Source: a virus
Length of the DNA stretch: 64,000 nucleotides
IMG/VR virus record: IMGVR_UViG_3300045988_100686
Span: 32,001-96,000 of that record
Direction: 5' to 3' (one strand)
A program made the position numbers and the translations under genes. The notes under the pieces are model-generated. The model made no database searches and was not told where the DNA came from. It saw nothing but the letters and a program-made list of their open reading frames with translations. This document shows, in pieces, positions 27,300 through 37,322 of the stretch (positions within the stretch are counted from its first letter, which is position 1; every line of letters starts with the position of its first letter).

Positions 27300-27872
27300 T
27301 TATCCCTCTTTAGATTTATTTTTCAGACTGTGATATAGTCCTTGGATTTTCTCAGGAAGGTAACGCGCAGCTCCATACACTGCTATAGGTCGTATTGTAC
27401 CAAACCCATAGGTAGCTAAGCCTGCATATGGACCTAAGCGTTTGTTGAGTCCTCTTACTTTTACACCAGTCATCCCCGCATTACGCAGTAGTTTGTGTCC
27501 TCTAATGGATGCGTCAGCCTCCATTATAAACTGTGGAATTCTTACTGCAGTTTGTATTCCTGCGAAGCCTCTACCTAGTATATCCACAGCTTTCTGCGTA
27601 TTTGGGTCATCTGACCTATAACTGCCAAGTCCCAGAGTAAGTAGTCCTTTGTGAGGTATTTTATCTAAGTGTCTCATCTCAAAGTACCTACCTTTATTCG
27701 CCAAGTTTTTCAGGGTACCTGACTGTAATGCGTGTCCCAGTTCGTGCGCAATTGTGCCTGCTGTAGCATTTCTTCCTTTACCTATATACACTTCATGAAG
27801 TGTATTGCCTTGAATTGATGTACCGAGATCTCTTTCATAAGCGGTATTGGGATCCATAAACCCAATATTCAT
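27300..27872 (-). CDS. HExxH zinc metallopeptidase-like protein
   Basis: TAGTIAHELGHALQSG carries the zincin HExxH motif. Confidence 0.55.
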   Translation of the reverse strand: MNIGFMDPNTAYERDLGTSIQGNTLHEVYIGKGRNATAGTIAHELGHALQSGTLKNLANKGRYFEMRHLDKIPHKGLLTLGLGSYRSDDPNTQKAVDILGRGFAGIQTAVRIPQFIMEADASIRGHKLLRNAGMTGVKVRGLNKRLGPYAGLATYGFGTIRPIAVYGAARYLPEKIQGLYHSLKNKSKEG

Positions 27873-28159
27873 TTTGCGTATAACTTTATTGCCTTTTTCC
27901 AGCCTATATGTGGAGCGTCGTCTGTACCAGTATTTACCCTGCGGAATCCAGCTGAAGATAAGAGTTTATCTATTATATTTTCTTGCATAGCATTTCTTCT
28001 AGGACTTACCTTCCAGGATTGCAAGTTTGAGTCTAGGTGTTTGTTATATGTATTCCAGGCTTTATTAACAAGCTTTTGCGCACCAAATCCTCCAGCAAGC
28101 GCAGGTATTCCAAGGTAATGACTAGGCGTAGTATTCTTTTGTTCCTTCTTATTCGTCAT
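27869..28159 (-). CDS. hypothetical protein
   Basis: 96 aa, coupled to neighbouring genes. Confidence 0.45.
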   Translation of the reverse strand: MTNKKEQKNTTPSHYLGIPALAGGFGAQKLVNKAWNTYNKHLDSNLQSWKVSPRRNAMQENIIDKLLSSAGFRRVNTGTDDAPHIGWKKAIKLYAK

Positions 28160-28212
28160 ATATTAATGCCCTCAACACTATAGATTTAACTCCATAGAAA
28201 GATATATAATAT

Positions 28213-28959
28213 TTACAGTCCAATCATGGTATCATCACTCAAAGCAAAGGGACCAACCGCTTTAAGCGCACGTACACGCTCGAAATTAAATGACATACTG
28301 TCAATCATCTGAAATTGTCCTTGAGACATGCCAGATTGATTACCAAGCAACATACATTGCTCAAGAAAATTAATAGCAGTTACACGCTGGCGTGGGTCAC
28401 GTTTTACCTCGATTAAGCCAAATGGAATCTTATATAGAAGTGAGTTCATGCCGCCAGAAGAAATGACTCTGTCTAGTCTGTCAGAGGTATCTAGATCAAA
28501 GATATTAATGGACTGTGCGTTTAGTCCTTGAATCCACTCTTTTGCGTCACCTGCAATTCTGTCAATTATATCAGGAAGACTGTCAGTAGCAAGGATCCAT
28601 GCAATGGTTGGACGGTACAATGCTGCTGCAAGGGAGTTGCCATGAATAGACAAGCGACTAATCATACCACTACCCATTGCTGTTCCAGATGCACCAGTCT
28701 TTCTTGAAGAACCAATCTCAGCGATAAACTGGCCACTCAGTCCTTCATTATATGAAAATTGTTGAGCAAATCCTACTGGGAATAGCGGGATATCACTAAA
28801 AGAATCACCCACTTGCAGGAAAGGTACTGTAGAAAGAAGTAGAGACGAGTCGGCAGTAGTAAAGTCTGTAGCATCAGAAACTGCTTCAACAAATTGTTGT
28901 CTGTAATCAGTGCCTGTTAGTTGGTCTGATTTAAGTATATTATTTGTAGGCTGTGCCAT
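28213..28959 (-). CDS. tail structural protein (paralog A)
   Basis: Shares EIGS-RK----G-S-G--IS core and overall similarity with the protein at 28978-29649. Confidence 0.5.
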   Translation of the reverse strand: MAQPTNNILKSDQLTGTDYRQQFVEAVSDATDFTTADSSLLLSTVPFLQVGDSFSDIPLFPVGFAQQFSYNEGLSGQFIAEIGSSRKTGASGTAMGSGMISRLSIHGNSLAAALYRPTIAWILATDSLPDIIDRIAGDAKEWIQGLNAQSINIFDLDTSDRLDRVISSGGMNSLLYKIPFGLIEVKRDPRQRVTAINFLEQCMLLGNQSGMSQGQFQMIDSMSFNFERVRALKAVGPFALSDDTMIGL

Positions 28960-28977
28960 TAGTTCTCACCTCTTTCC

Positions 28978-29649
28978 TTAGTAAGAATCAACGTGTTGTC
29001 CAACGTTGTCTTCATTCTCCCACATTGGAACAAGCTGTTCATATAGTAAGTTAAAGTTATCTACTACAAGGAAGCTTCCAGCTTGATAGCCACGAGAAAC
29101 TCCCATGCATAAGCATTGCTCAAACATATAGCATGAGTATGTGCGACCTGCGGGATCACCTTCAATAACAACTATTCCCATGGGAGTACGAAGTTTATCA
29201 AGGTTCAAGCCAACGGCAGCTCCCCATTCTTTCTCAGTCCAATAGTTTTTGTCAATATTAAACGTTCTACCATACTTAGAAAGAATGTTGATAGGACTGT
29301 TGCCGTTAACTACCATTTTGGAGATACTGATGCTTCCACCTTGAGATGATCCAACAGTAGCACGTTTACGACGTGAACCAATTTCACCGATAAGAGAAGC
29401 ATTCAATCCCTCAGAGAAACTGAAACTTTGTGTCAATCCAATCGGGGTAACTTTTGTAACTTTATCGTGTAACCAATGGTCTGCCATGCAGATCAGGGTG
29501 TTATCAGGAGTCATTAGGTCAACAGCTAGTCTAAGCTGTTCTACCCAGTTATAATGGGGAGCACCTGTGGAACTCAGCAGTTCGTTGAGCGTTTGTTCCT
29601 TTACTACACCACCCATAGATTTAATAGGGCTGATATTATAATCTGCCAT
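28978..29649 (-). CDS. tail structural protein (paralog B)
   Basis: Paralogous to the protein at 28213-28959. Confidence 0.5.
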   Translation of the reverse strand: MADYNISPIKSMGGVVKEQTLNELLSSTGAPHYNWVEQLRLAVDLMTPDNTLICMADHWLHDKVTKVTPIGLTQSFSFSEGLNASLIGEIGSRRKRATVGSSQGGSISISKMVVNGNSPINILSKYGRTFNIDKNYWTEKEWGAAVGLNLDKLRTPMGIVVIEGDPAGRTYSCYMFEQCLCMGVSRGYQAGSFLVVDNFNLLYEQLVPMWENEDNVGQHVDSY

Positions 29650-29665
29650 CTGGAGATATCCCTCC

Positions 29666-31273
29666 TTAATCTAAAAGAGAATTTATTTCTTTTACAATAG
29701 ACTGTTTTTTATCTCCAACTTGAGCCAAGTAGTTATCAATGGCTGTGTTGGCAGGTCTGTTAAACCATTTTTGAAAGGTTGTTTTTGGTAATGTAGACCT
29801 GTATTCTTCCACGATTACCTTGCGTTCACTTTCTGGCAAGGATTCGTGGGATTTATAACGAATTGCCCTAGCTTCAGCTTGGTCTGTCTTTGACTTATTG
29901 AAGTGGGGCTCAAGAATCTGCATTAAACGAGTATTTTTTAGGTTTAAACCTTCACTGCCACTGCTAGACAGTAATAGTACTTGAGGTTTCTTTGTATTAC
30001 TATTATACTTGTCAATGAGTTCTTGCTTTTCATTTTTTGTAAGCTTCCCAGTATAAACTAGAGGCTGGATACCTGCATCTTGTAGTGCCTGTGCATATGG
30101 TTTAAGCCCTGCGTCTAGGTAGTTAGAATAGACAACACCGCGGAACCCTGGTTTCTCTTTAGCTTTAGACAACATAGAAGACACTGCAGCCATAATCTTA
30201 GGACTATCTGTGTATCTACCCTTGTCGTCATGATGCAATGTAGAATCTGCTACCTGACGTACACCTTGAGAAAATACGTTGAGTCTACTAGCCTGTTGAA
30301 CTGTAAGTGGCATATTACCCTCAATATTCTTACGAATGTCTTTCGGAATATCTTTTTCCACTGCTTTATATACAGCCGCCTGACGAGGTGACATTTCTAC
30401 GTTGATTACCTTTCGTTCCACACTAGGGAAGTCTCCTGCATTTCTAGGTGTTTCATAGTGGTCTACAAATGGTGTTAGTAGGCTAGCTAGATGAGATTTG
30501 TTGCGTATCTTCCAGGTTTTATCATCTATAAACCTGCTATTGAACTCATGTTGAGTAGTAGGTAACTTTACTCCTGGATTAGACAGGTTTATCAAATTGC
30601 ACATATCTACAGGGTTGTTATACGCCGCAGTGCCTGTCAGAAGAAGAACCTTGTTAGATTTATCCATAAGCTTACGTAGCTGTCTAGCTCTATTCGTGTC
30701 GGTATTACGAAGTCTGTGGGCTTCGTCAAATACCGTCAAAGCGTAGTGTTTACGATTTAATTCATCAATATGATTAGCCGCTCTATCATAACTGATAATA
30801 TCTATCTTTCGTTTTAAGTTCTTAAAACCATGTTTATCAAGTTCTTCATTGTAGTTATTTACAAGCGATGCAGGTACAACCACCAGTCCCCTAGCTTTAG
30901 GGTTTTGTTTCAATGCAGTATCAAGTGCACCAAGGGATGTCAGTGTCTTTCCTGAACCCATAGAGTGGTAAGCAACAATTCCGTGAGGTCCTGTAGGATC
31001 ATTAACCTTGTCTACTACTCGTTGCTGATAGGGTTTCAACTCCGTGGAAGCAGTCTTCTTTTGAGAAAACCTAGTAGATGCTGCTACACCTATAGGAGTG
31101 GCACGCTTACGACTAGCTAGAGTATCATTTGAAGGTCTTTGAGATCCCCAGAATGTTGATTTTGTGAAATTACTCTCACTAGTGCTGTGTCCCCCTTGCA
31201 TTCCACCGGATAAAGGCTTTGGTGCAGGCGTTTTTGATACTGTTGGAGTAAGTGGTTTATATTGATTTGTCAT
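29666..31273 (-). CDS. SF2 (DEAD/DEAH, SNF2-like) helicase encoded inside the virion module
   Basis: Motif I SMGSGKTLTSLGAL, motif II VFDEAHRLRN, LLLTGTAAYN, and a C-terminal helicase domain ending QAEARAIR. Confidence 0.75.
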   Translation of the reverse strand: MTNQYKPLTPTVSKTPAPKPLSGGMQGGHSTSESNFTKSTFWGSQRPSNDTLASRKRATPIGVAASTRFSQKKTASTELKPYQQRVVDKVNDPTGPHGIVAYHSMGSGKTLTSLGALDTALKQNPKARGLVVVPASLVNNYNEELDKHGFKNLKRKIDIISYDRAANHIDELNRKHYALTVFDEAHRLRNTDTNRARQLRKLMDKSNKVLLLTGTAAYNNPVDMCNLINLSNPGVKLPTTQHEFNSRFIDDKTWKIRNKSHLASLLTPFVDHYETPRNAGDFPSVERKVINVEMSPRQAAVYKAVEKDIPKDIRKNIEGNMPLTVQQASRLNVFSQGVRQVADSTLHHDDKGRYTDSPKIMAAVSSMLSKAKEKPGFRGVVYSNYLDAGLKPYAQALQDAGIQPLVYTGKLTKNEKQELIDKYNSNTKKPQVLLLSSSGSEGLNLKNTRLMQILEPHFNKSKTDQAEARAIRYKSHESLPESERKVIVEEYRSTLPKTTFQKWFNRPANTAIDNYLAQVGDKKQSIVKEINSLLD

Positions 31274-31279
31274 AATATA

Positions 31280-32779
31280 TTAGTCAGAGTAGTCCTTATA
31301 AAGTCCATAGATATTCTTAGCACCGAGTGCTGCGCCACCAACAATGCCTATTGCACCTATTTCTGGCATTGTACTATGGAGTAATTCTCTACCAGCAAGC
31401 ATTCCTGAGATGCCGCCAGCCACTCCTGCTACATGTTTGGCTTTATTTGTTGAGAGTGTGTCTACAACCTTTTGGAATACTGAACGATCTCGTTTGGGCT
31501 TTGGTACTGGATTGAGTTCCTCAGCTAATGCGGCAGTCTTTTCTTTTCCTGTGTTTAGAAGATTATTACCTCTTCTCCAGTTAATTATTCTAGGAGAATT
31601 AGGATTTTCTGGGAGGTATCCATTCGCTTTTAAGATGTTCTGCATGATAGTATTCATTGCGTTAGTTTTAGCCAATGTTTTTGGAAAGCTATTATGAAAA
31701 TATCTTAATAGTTTACTTGCTACTTTTTTCCCTCTATACTTTGGATGAACTACTAATTCCTCTAGCAAAGAATAACCTTCAGGGCGACCACTTTCTCGTA
31801 GAAATCCAATAATTTTATTTTTATCTGTAGCAACATAGCAATGCTTACCACTCCGAATAATCTGTCGTATCAATGCAGCTTTGGTATTATATGCTAAAAA
31901 TTTTACATCTTCAGCACTTAATGAATTAAATAATTCCAGGATTGCATTTAAGTCTGTGGCGTCTGCTTTGCGAATATTAACATCAGTACGTGCTTGTGTT
32001 TTTAATGGGTTGAGTTCCTCCGCCAATGCGGCAGTCTTTTGATTCTCCCAATAACCAGGTTTATACTTTCGTATATATGGCTTTATGGATTTCCTAAACT
32101 TTTGAAGTTCTTTTCTGTACTTTTTATCTGCAAGGGTATCACCATTCATAGCTTTAATTCGCAGTGTATTTAAGTTACTAAATACTTTGGGAGTTACAGT
32201 TTGATCATAGCGCTTCTGAAAATCAGCTTTATATGCATCCTGTATCGGATCTAGTTGTTTTTGCAAGGCATCATTATTATTAATTGCTGTATGATATTGT
32301 TTATCATAAGCGTCAAACTTCCTAGTATCAGAAGAAGGAAATTTTTTACTTAACACGGCAGCGCCTAGCATTCCCATTCCACCAATAGCTGCCTTAACAC
32401 CAATATCAGATACCTTTTTATTCGGAATATGCGCTGCCAATGCACCTGCAGCGGTTAAACCTAGACCACCAGCAGTAAGTCTAAAAGCCCAATCAGGTTT
32501 GTTGACGTCTATATCCGGAAAATCTGGAGGCTTTTTATACCCAGGCATATCAGATACATATGCTGGTACACCGCTTTCTTCACCTGCATAAGCAAATTCG
32601 TTACGTAGAACACGATTCATGAAATAAGGATCTTCATCTTCATACTGGATATCTTTACCAATTTCTGGATTAAAGTTTAGCTTGTGCTCTTCTAATACTT
32701 TAGGATCCTTACTCCAAGAAGGTTCCAAGACTGGCAAATAAGTTGCAACCTTCATCATGTATAAGTCTTTGTTTACCAT
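31280..32779 (-). CDS. GNAT-family acetyltransferase domain protein with glycine-zipper/TM segments
   Basis: GNAT core LVVHPKYRGKKVASKLL with flanking beta strands. Gly-zipper segments lie at both ends. An internal duplicated peptide TAALAEELNP is encoded by a 34-bp direct repeat. Confidence 0.6.
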   Translation of the reverse strand: MVNKDLYMMKVATYLPVLEPSWSKDPKVLEEHKLNFNPEIGKDIQYEDEDPYFMNRVLRNEFAYAGEESGVPAYVSDMPGYKKPPDFPDIDVNKPDWAFRLTAGGLGLTAAGALAAHIPNKKVSDIGVKAAIGGMGMLGAAVLSKKFPSSDTRKFDAYDKQYHTAINNNDALQKQLDPIQDAYKADFQKRYDQTVTPKVFSNLNTLRIKAMNGDTLADKKYRKELQKFRKSIKPYIRKYKPGYWENQKTAALAEELNPLKTQARTDVNIRKADATDLNAILELFNSLSAEDVKFLAYNTKAALIRQIIRSGKHCYVATDKNKIIGFLRESGRPEGYSLLEELVVHPKYRGKKVASKLLRYFHNSFPKTLAKTNAMNTIMQNILKANGYLPENPNSPRIINWRRGNNLLNTGKEKTAALAEELNPVPKPKRDRSVFQKVVDTLSTNKAKHVAGVAGGISGMLAGRELLHSTMPEIGAIGIVGGAALGAKNIYGLYKDYSD

Positions 32780-32848
32780 TAATTACCCACCTTTATAAAA
32801 GATTCCCTCCTCTGAGCCAGAACCCAGAGGGGGGGGGATATAGATCCG

Positions 32849-34822
32849 TTATACCTGGAGAACTACGTCTACAGCGTTAACAGGATATGGGATTTCAATC
32901 TTAATGGTAGGCTTAATAGTATCAGCCTTAGTTTCAACGGATACTAGGGTGCCACCGAGAAGAATAGGTCCAATGTACTGATAAGATGTACCAGTCATGT
33001 CAGTAGTGCACGAATTGATAACGTTCTTAACAAGGGTCACAGAAATGTTATTTACGTTGTATTTACCAAGAACTGGTTTCAGATTATCTTTGTAGTACTT
33101 AGATGCATAGTCTACAACCGCTACACAGCTGCTCTCACATGTTTCAAGCTGAGTAGTATCAGTAGTTGTCTGATAGAGTACATATGGTAGTTCCTCTGGT
33201 TCATCTTGGAGTACCCAGAATACACCTTGTCCAGCCATTTCATCCAGCTGGTCTTTAGTAAACAATTTATTAGCACGTAGTACACGTTTAATACCACTCA
33301 AGCTAATAGTTGAGAAACCTTGATGTGGTGGGTAGCCTGCACGCATAGCGCCAAGTGTTACACACAGATAATAAGATGGAACCATTACGTCAACCGAGTT
33401 AACGTTCAGCATAATGGTATCAGGCATTACGTAGTGCAAACGTTTGTTGCTGTAAGACTTCGCAATAGCACCAATTGCGTCTGCTACACCTTGAGTGTCC
33501 AGTACACGAACGATCTCATAATTTACAGATGTAGCTGATGCAACAGTTAATTTTTCCTCGGTTTCTACGTATCCTTCAGATGTGCGTTGCCACTTCATTG
33601 TGCTGAAGGAAGCAACACTATCATTAAGAATTTCAGTAAGCTGGAGGGAATACTGATATTCGTTCTTGGTATCATAAACATCCATGAAATCAGTTACTCT
33701 AGCTCCAGAGGATACGAACATGCCGTTTGCAATATCCTTCAAATAGCAGGAATCAGCATTTAATCCAGCTACAAGGGATCCCTCATTAATCTCAATCATA
33801 ACTTTGGTGCTAGGCATCGGACCACTACCAAACATTGTGCGCCACATGCTCTTCTCAGGTTTACTCATTGTAGCACAATGGCTTGCGTATGCACTAATAA
33901 CATCTTTATCTTGTGTGAGAGGTACAATTACATATATTTTTTCGTTAGTTGAAAGAATGTCCAGTGCCTTAATATAACCGTTGTTATCATCAGACTCAAT
34001 AGGAAGAATACGGTAACTCATATCACTCACAGCGGCAGATACAAGTCTAGCAGCTACTGACATTGGGTTATTGATATTCAAGCTACCAATTTTTGCTGTT
34101 GCTACACTCTGGCTAGTGATGGTCATAAAATCATTAGCAATATCTGTACGGAGTGCACGGTAACTTACCTTTGTGGTAGCAGACACAACTGTAGCAGCAG
34201 TTTCAAGTACTTCAGTAGCTACCTGTGCTCCTGCTAAAATAGTGAATCCAGCTTTATCAGCCTTTACAAACTGCGACTCTAGAATGTGGGTTTCGTTTGT
34301 AGGGCGCTTAATTACGGCTGTAACTGTAGCCCCACTATCAGGGTTTGGTAGGTTGCGTTTCAAAGTGATGGTTTTACCATCTTCACTTACTGTTTGAATT
34401 GAGGACGAATAAGTCAATTCTTCAGCTGCTGTCTTATATGTAATGTCAATAAAATCGCCTGCTTTTACAACTGCGTCAGAAAACTCCAGGCTGGGGGTTC
34501 CATTTACAACAGTTACAGGAGAAGAATTACTAACAACTACTGCACTGTTTAGTACAGTTGATGTTTTTGGCCAAACTTTTACATAAACGTCAGACAGAGA
34601 TATAGAAACAGAAGCAGGGTCAATAATAGAACCCAGCATCTGATTTACATACTTGCTAGTATAGTTCTCAGTGGATAGAGTATAATCGTTTACTTTAACG
34701 TTCTCTTCTACTTGGTACACTGGGCCTACAATGCATAGGTCAAAAAAAGGAGTGGTAATAGAAGGATTGGTGGTAAGTAGTTCTTGATATACTCTAACCG
34801 ACGGAGTACGGAAAGTTGACAT
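32849..34822 (-). CDS. large virion structural protein
   Basis: 657 aa; SD AAGGCGGTG upstream. No diagnostic motif recognised. Confidence 0.5.
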   Translation of the reverse strand: MSTFRTPSVRVYQELLTTNPSITTPFFDLCIVGPVYQVEENVKVNDYTLSTENYTSKYVNQMLGSIIDPASVSISLSDVYVKVWPKTSTVLNSAVVVSNSSPVTVVNGTPSLEFSDAVVKAGDFIDITYKTAAEELTYSSSIQTVSEDGKTITLKRNLPNPDSGATVTAVIKRPTNETHILESQFVKADKAGFTILAGAQVATEVLETAATVVSATTKVSYRALRTDIANDFMTITSQSVATAKIGSLNINNPMSVAARLVSAAVSDMSYRILPIESDDNNGYIKALDILSTNEKIYVIVPLTQDKDVISAYASHCATMSKPEKSMWRTMFGSGPMPSTKVMIEINEGSLVAGLNADSCYLKDIANGMFVSSGARVTDFMDVYDTKNEYQYSLQLTEILNDSVASFSTMKWQRTSEGYVETEEKLTVASATSVNYEIVRVLDTQGVADAIGAIAKSYSNKRLHYVMPDTIMLNVNSVDVMVPSYYLCVTLGAMRAGYPPHQGFSTISLSGIKRVLRANKLFTKDQLDEMAGQGVFWVLQDEPEELPYVLYQTTTDTTQLETCESSCVAVVDYASKYYKDNLKPVLGKYNVNNISVTLVKNVINSCTTDMTGTSYQYIGPILLGGTLVSVETKADTIKPTIKIEIPYPVNAVDVVLQV

Positions 34823-34892
34823 TAAGTTTTCACCGCCTTTTAAGAATGAAAGATGTTTGAGAAGTTCTTTCGTATGATAATATTATACCTAA

Positions 34893-35741
34893 TTATGTCT
34901 CTGGCTCTCCTGGCTGGTATCCCTTAGTAGAATCTTTTGTCACTTTAAAACGCAGGTTTACCACATTGTCATCAATGCCGTCTGCAGTGTAATCACTAGA
35001 TACTCCACCAGTGCCACCCCAGTTACCATTTTGTCCACCAGAATTAGTGCCGCCAACATTGCCAATATTAATATCGTTACCTTTTTCATCTTTGTCTCCT
35101 GGTTTTGGTGTAGTTCTGCCGTTTACAGGGGTAAGTACAGTTTCAATGCTCTTCAGTAGTTCTCCCGAGTCTACTGGTTGCCACATTCTAGCTAATGTGT
35201 AAGAGTATGAGAAATTTACCATAGCCGTAAATTGAGAGTTCCAGCCAGTCTGTCCTGTTTTAGCAGCAGGGCTAATTTGGGCGTCACTGATATTTTGGAT
35301 TTGCAGGATATTGGCAATCAGTGGTCTACAGAGTTCAATAGCAATGGCTACCTCGTATGCCAACTCATCAGCATCATCCTTGTTGGGGGAATGTACATGA
35401 ATGCTAGTTGAACTATTTATATTGAACTGCTGTTTCATATCCCATATGTACTCTTTTTCTATAAGTTTGCCATTGACATACCCTAGTTGGTTAAATACTC
35501 GGTCGGTGCCTCCATTGAATCCCGCAGGAGAAACCATTGTTGCCCCGTTTTCAACCACTATCAGCGGCATCCCCTTTTGCAAATTATCATCCTCTGCATA
35601 CTCAGGAGCGATATCAATCTGGGTAAGGCTCGCATCTGGGTCCCAGACGTATTCAACATGATTCCTAAAATAATTTTGGAGAAAACATAGAAAAAGAGTA
35701 TTTATAATTCTAGGAGATAGTCTAGAAAACGATTTCCCCAT
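34893..35741 (-). CDS. virion protein with Gly-rich C-terminal region
   Basis: 282 aa containing GNVGGTNSGGQNGNWGGTGG. Confidence 0.5.
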   Translation of the reverse strand: MGKSFSRLSPRIINTLFLCFLQNYFRNHVEYVWDPDASLTQIDIAPEYAEDDNLQKGMPLIVVENGATMVSPAGFNGGTDRVFNQLGYVNGKLIEKEYIWDMKQQFNINSSTSIHVHSPNKDDADELAYEVAIAIELCRPLIANILQIQNISDAQISPAAKTGQTGWNSQFTAMVNFSYSYTLARMWQPVDSGELLKSIETVLTPVNGRTTPKPGDKDEKGNDINIGNVGGTNSGGQNGNWGGTGGVSSDYTADGIDDNVVNLRFKVTKDSTKGYQPGEPET

Positions 35742-36582
35742 GTCTAGAGTCCTCCTTTTTTGGATTGAACGGTATTCTATCTAGTAGTTTATAAATGCTT
35801 AAATCATCTTCCTGTGACTGTAGTACTAAGTCTTGTTTTGTTACTACACGTTTATGCGTAGATAGACCTATTTGAGCTACATGCCAAATTTCACGAGTAT
35901 TAGCATCCACAAGGACATCCCCTAGACTTATCCTGGGAAACCCGGTTGTCCACCCCTGTATATTTCCTGGTACCTCGGTATCATCTAATGATTGGTTAAC
36001 AGTAGTATGTTCTCCAGATAGCGATACGTAGATTCCTATTGGATCATAATATCCATTTAGGTAACCTGTCCCTAGGCATACTGGGCAGTTAGACATTGAC
36101 CTAGTACCGCGTAAAGTATCATAACACTTGGGGCATCTTTCCTTGAGTCTTCGACGTATAAATAGATACATTAAGTTCCCAGCATGTCCCTCTCTCAGCA
36201 TGATAGCGTGGCGTCTGGAAATCTCCATTCCATATAAGTTTGGTTCATGTTCGTTAGATACTACTCTGCTACACTTGTCTACTGCTGGAAAGCGGAGTCT
36301 ATAATACACCATGGGACTACGATAATATGTAGCCATGCTGTGGTCATCTAGGAAATAAGGTGGAGAGAATAAATGTAGTGTTGCTACCGGGATAAATTCA
36401 GAAAGAGGGGAATCAGATACCTCCAAGTATGCTTCTTCTTCTCCGTTTCCAAAGTATTCTGCAGGAATTTCTGACCAAACTATAATAAGCTTTCTAGCGG
36501 ATTCTTTATAAACTACTATCTTAATACTAGGGTCAGTAAGCTGTTTATTTTCACCAAAGATAGTATTATCTAGGCTACTCAT
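35722..36582 (-). CDS. virion protein with zinc-ribbon (CPKC...CPVC)
   Basis: RCPKCYDTLRGTRSMSNCPVCLGTGY. Confidence 0.5.
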   Translation of the reverse strand: MSSLDNTIFGENKQLTDPSIKIVVYKESARKLIIVWSEIPAEYFGNGEEEAYLEVSDSPLSEFIPVATLHLFSPPYFLDDHSMATYYRSPMVYYRLRFPAVDKCSRVVSNEHEPNLYGMEISRRHAIMLREGHAGNLMYLFIRRRLKERCPKCYDTLRGTRSMSNCPVCLGTGYLNGYYDPIGIYVSLSGEHTTVNQSLDDTEVPGNIQGWTTGFPRISLGDVLVDANTREIWHVAQIGLSTHKRVVTKQDLVLQSQEDDLSIYKLLDRIPFNPKKEDSRHGEIVF

Positions 36583-37322
36583 TATGTATCATCCTCTCGT
36601 TTGTTCAGCCATAGTGGCAACGCTGGACCATCGAAGCACGCTAAGGCCATGTATCTTTCTGTATAGTAGCTCTGTATATCCTCAATCGTAGCTTCTGTGC
36701 CTCTATACCTTGCATTTATTGTGTAACTACCCTTTAGATACGTATACGCTAAGCCTGCTACAGGAGCCCAAGCATCTACAAGTAATTGCTTGTGAATAAA
36801 ACCTTCTTGACCATACAATGGATCACCATAAGGACCATGTCCATAAGGTCTGCCAGCCGGAGCGTTATCATCGTGTGGGGTCTCAGTATAGTTTAATTTA
36901 TGTTTTGGTGTTGTATATCCCTGGCTGACATAATCAGGAATAGGTTTGGGAAGAGTAGAATATTCAATAGTATAGTCTACAATTCCTGACCCTGGATCGG
37001 TGTTCTTAGGGATAATAGTGTGGAGAATAAACCACGTTATCTCCCCAGGTGCTAGATTTCCAAGTTCTCCCAAAATAGACTGATATCTATTCGTTGGCGT
37101 AGATATTTTAAAGTAATCAGAGATATCACCGACTTCTTTAATCTGTATATTCTGTGCAGGAGTGTCACCCTCATTCCGGATATATATAGTTTGATTGACT
37201 ATCTCTCCGGTATCACCATTCAATCCAGATTTTGGCCCCATGTCTAGTGTGTATGAGATAACATCAAAGAATACCGGTAGGGTGCATTGTTCATCATAGT
37301 AACACTTTATCAGTGCACTCAT
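36582..37322 (-). CDS. virion protein, N-terminal domain paralogous to the protein at 37319-37732
   Basis: Shared N-terminal pattern K-F-D--CT...G-NG-TGE----Y--N-G. Confidence 0.5.
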   Translation of the reverse strand: MSALIKCYYDEQCTLPVFFDVISYTLDMGPKSGLNGDTGEIVNQTIYIRNEGDTPAQNIQIKEVGDISDYFKISTPTNRYQSILGELGNLAPGEITWFILHTIIPKNTDPGSGIVDYTIEYSTLPKPIPDYVSQGYTTPKHKLNYTETPHDDNAPAGRPYGHGPYGDPLYGQEGFIHKQLLVDAWAPVAGLAYTYLKGSYTINARYRGTEATIEDIQSYYTERYMALACFDGPALPLWLNKREDDT

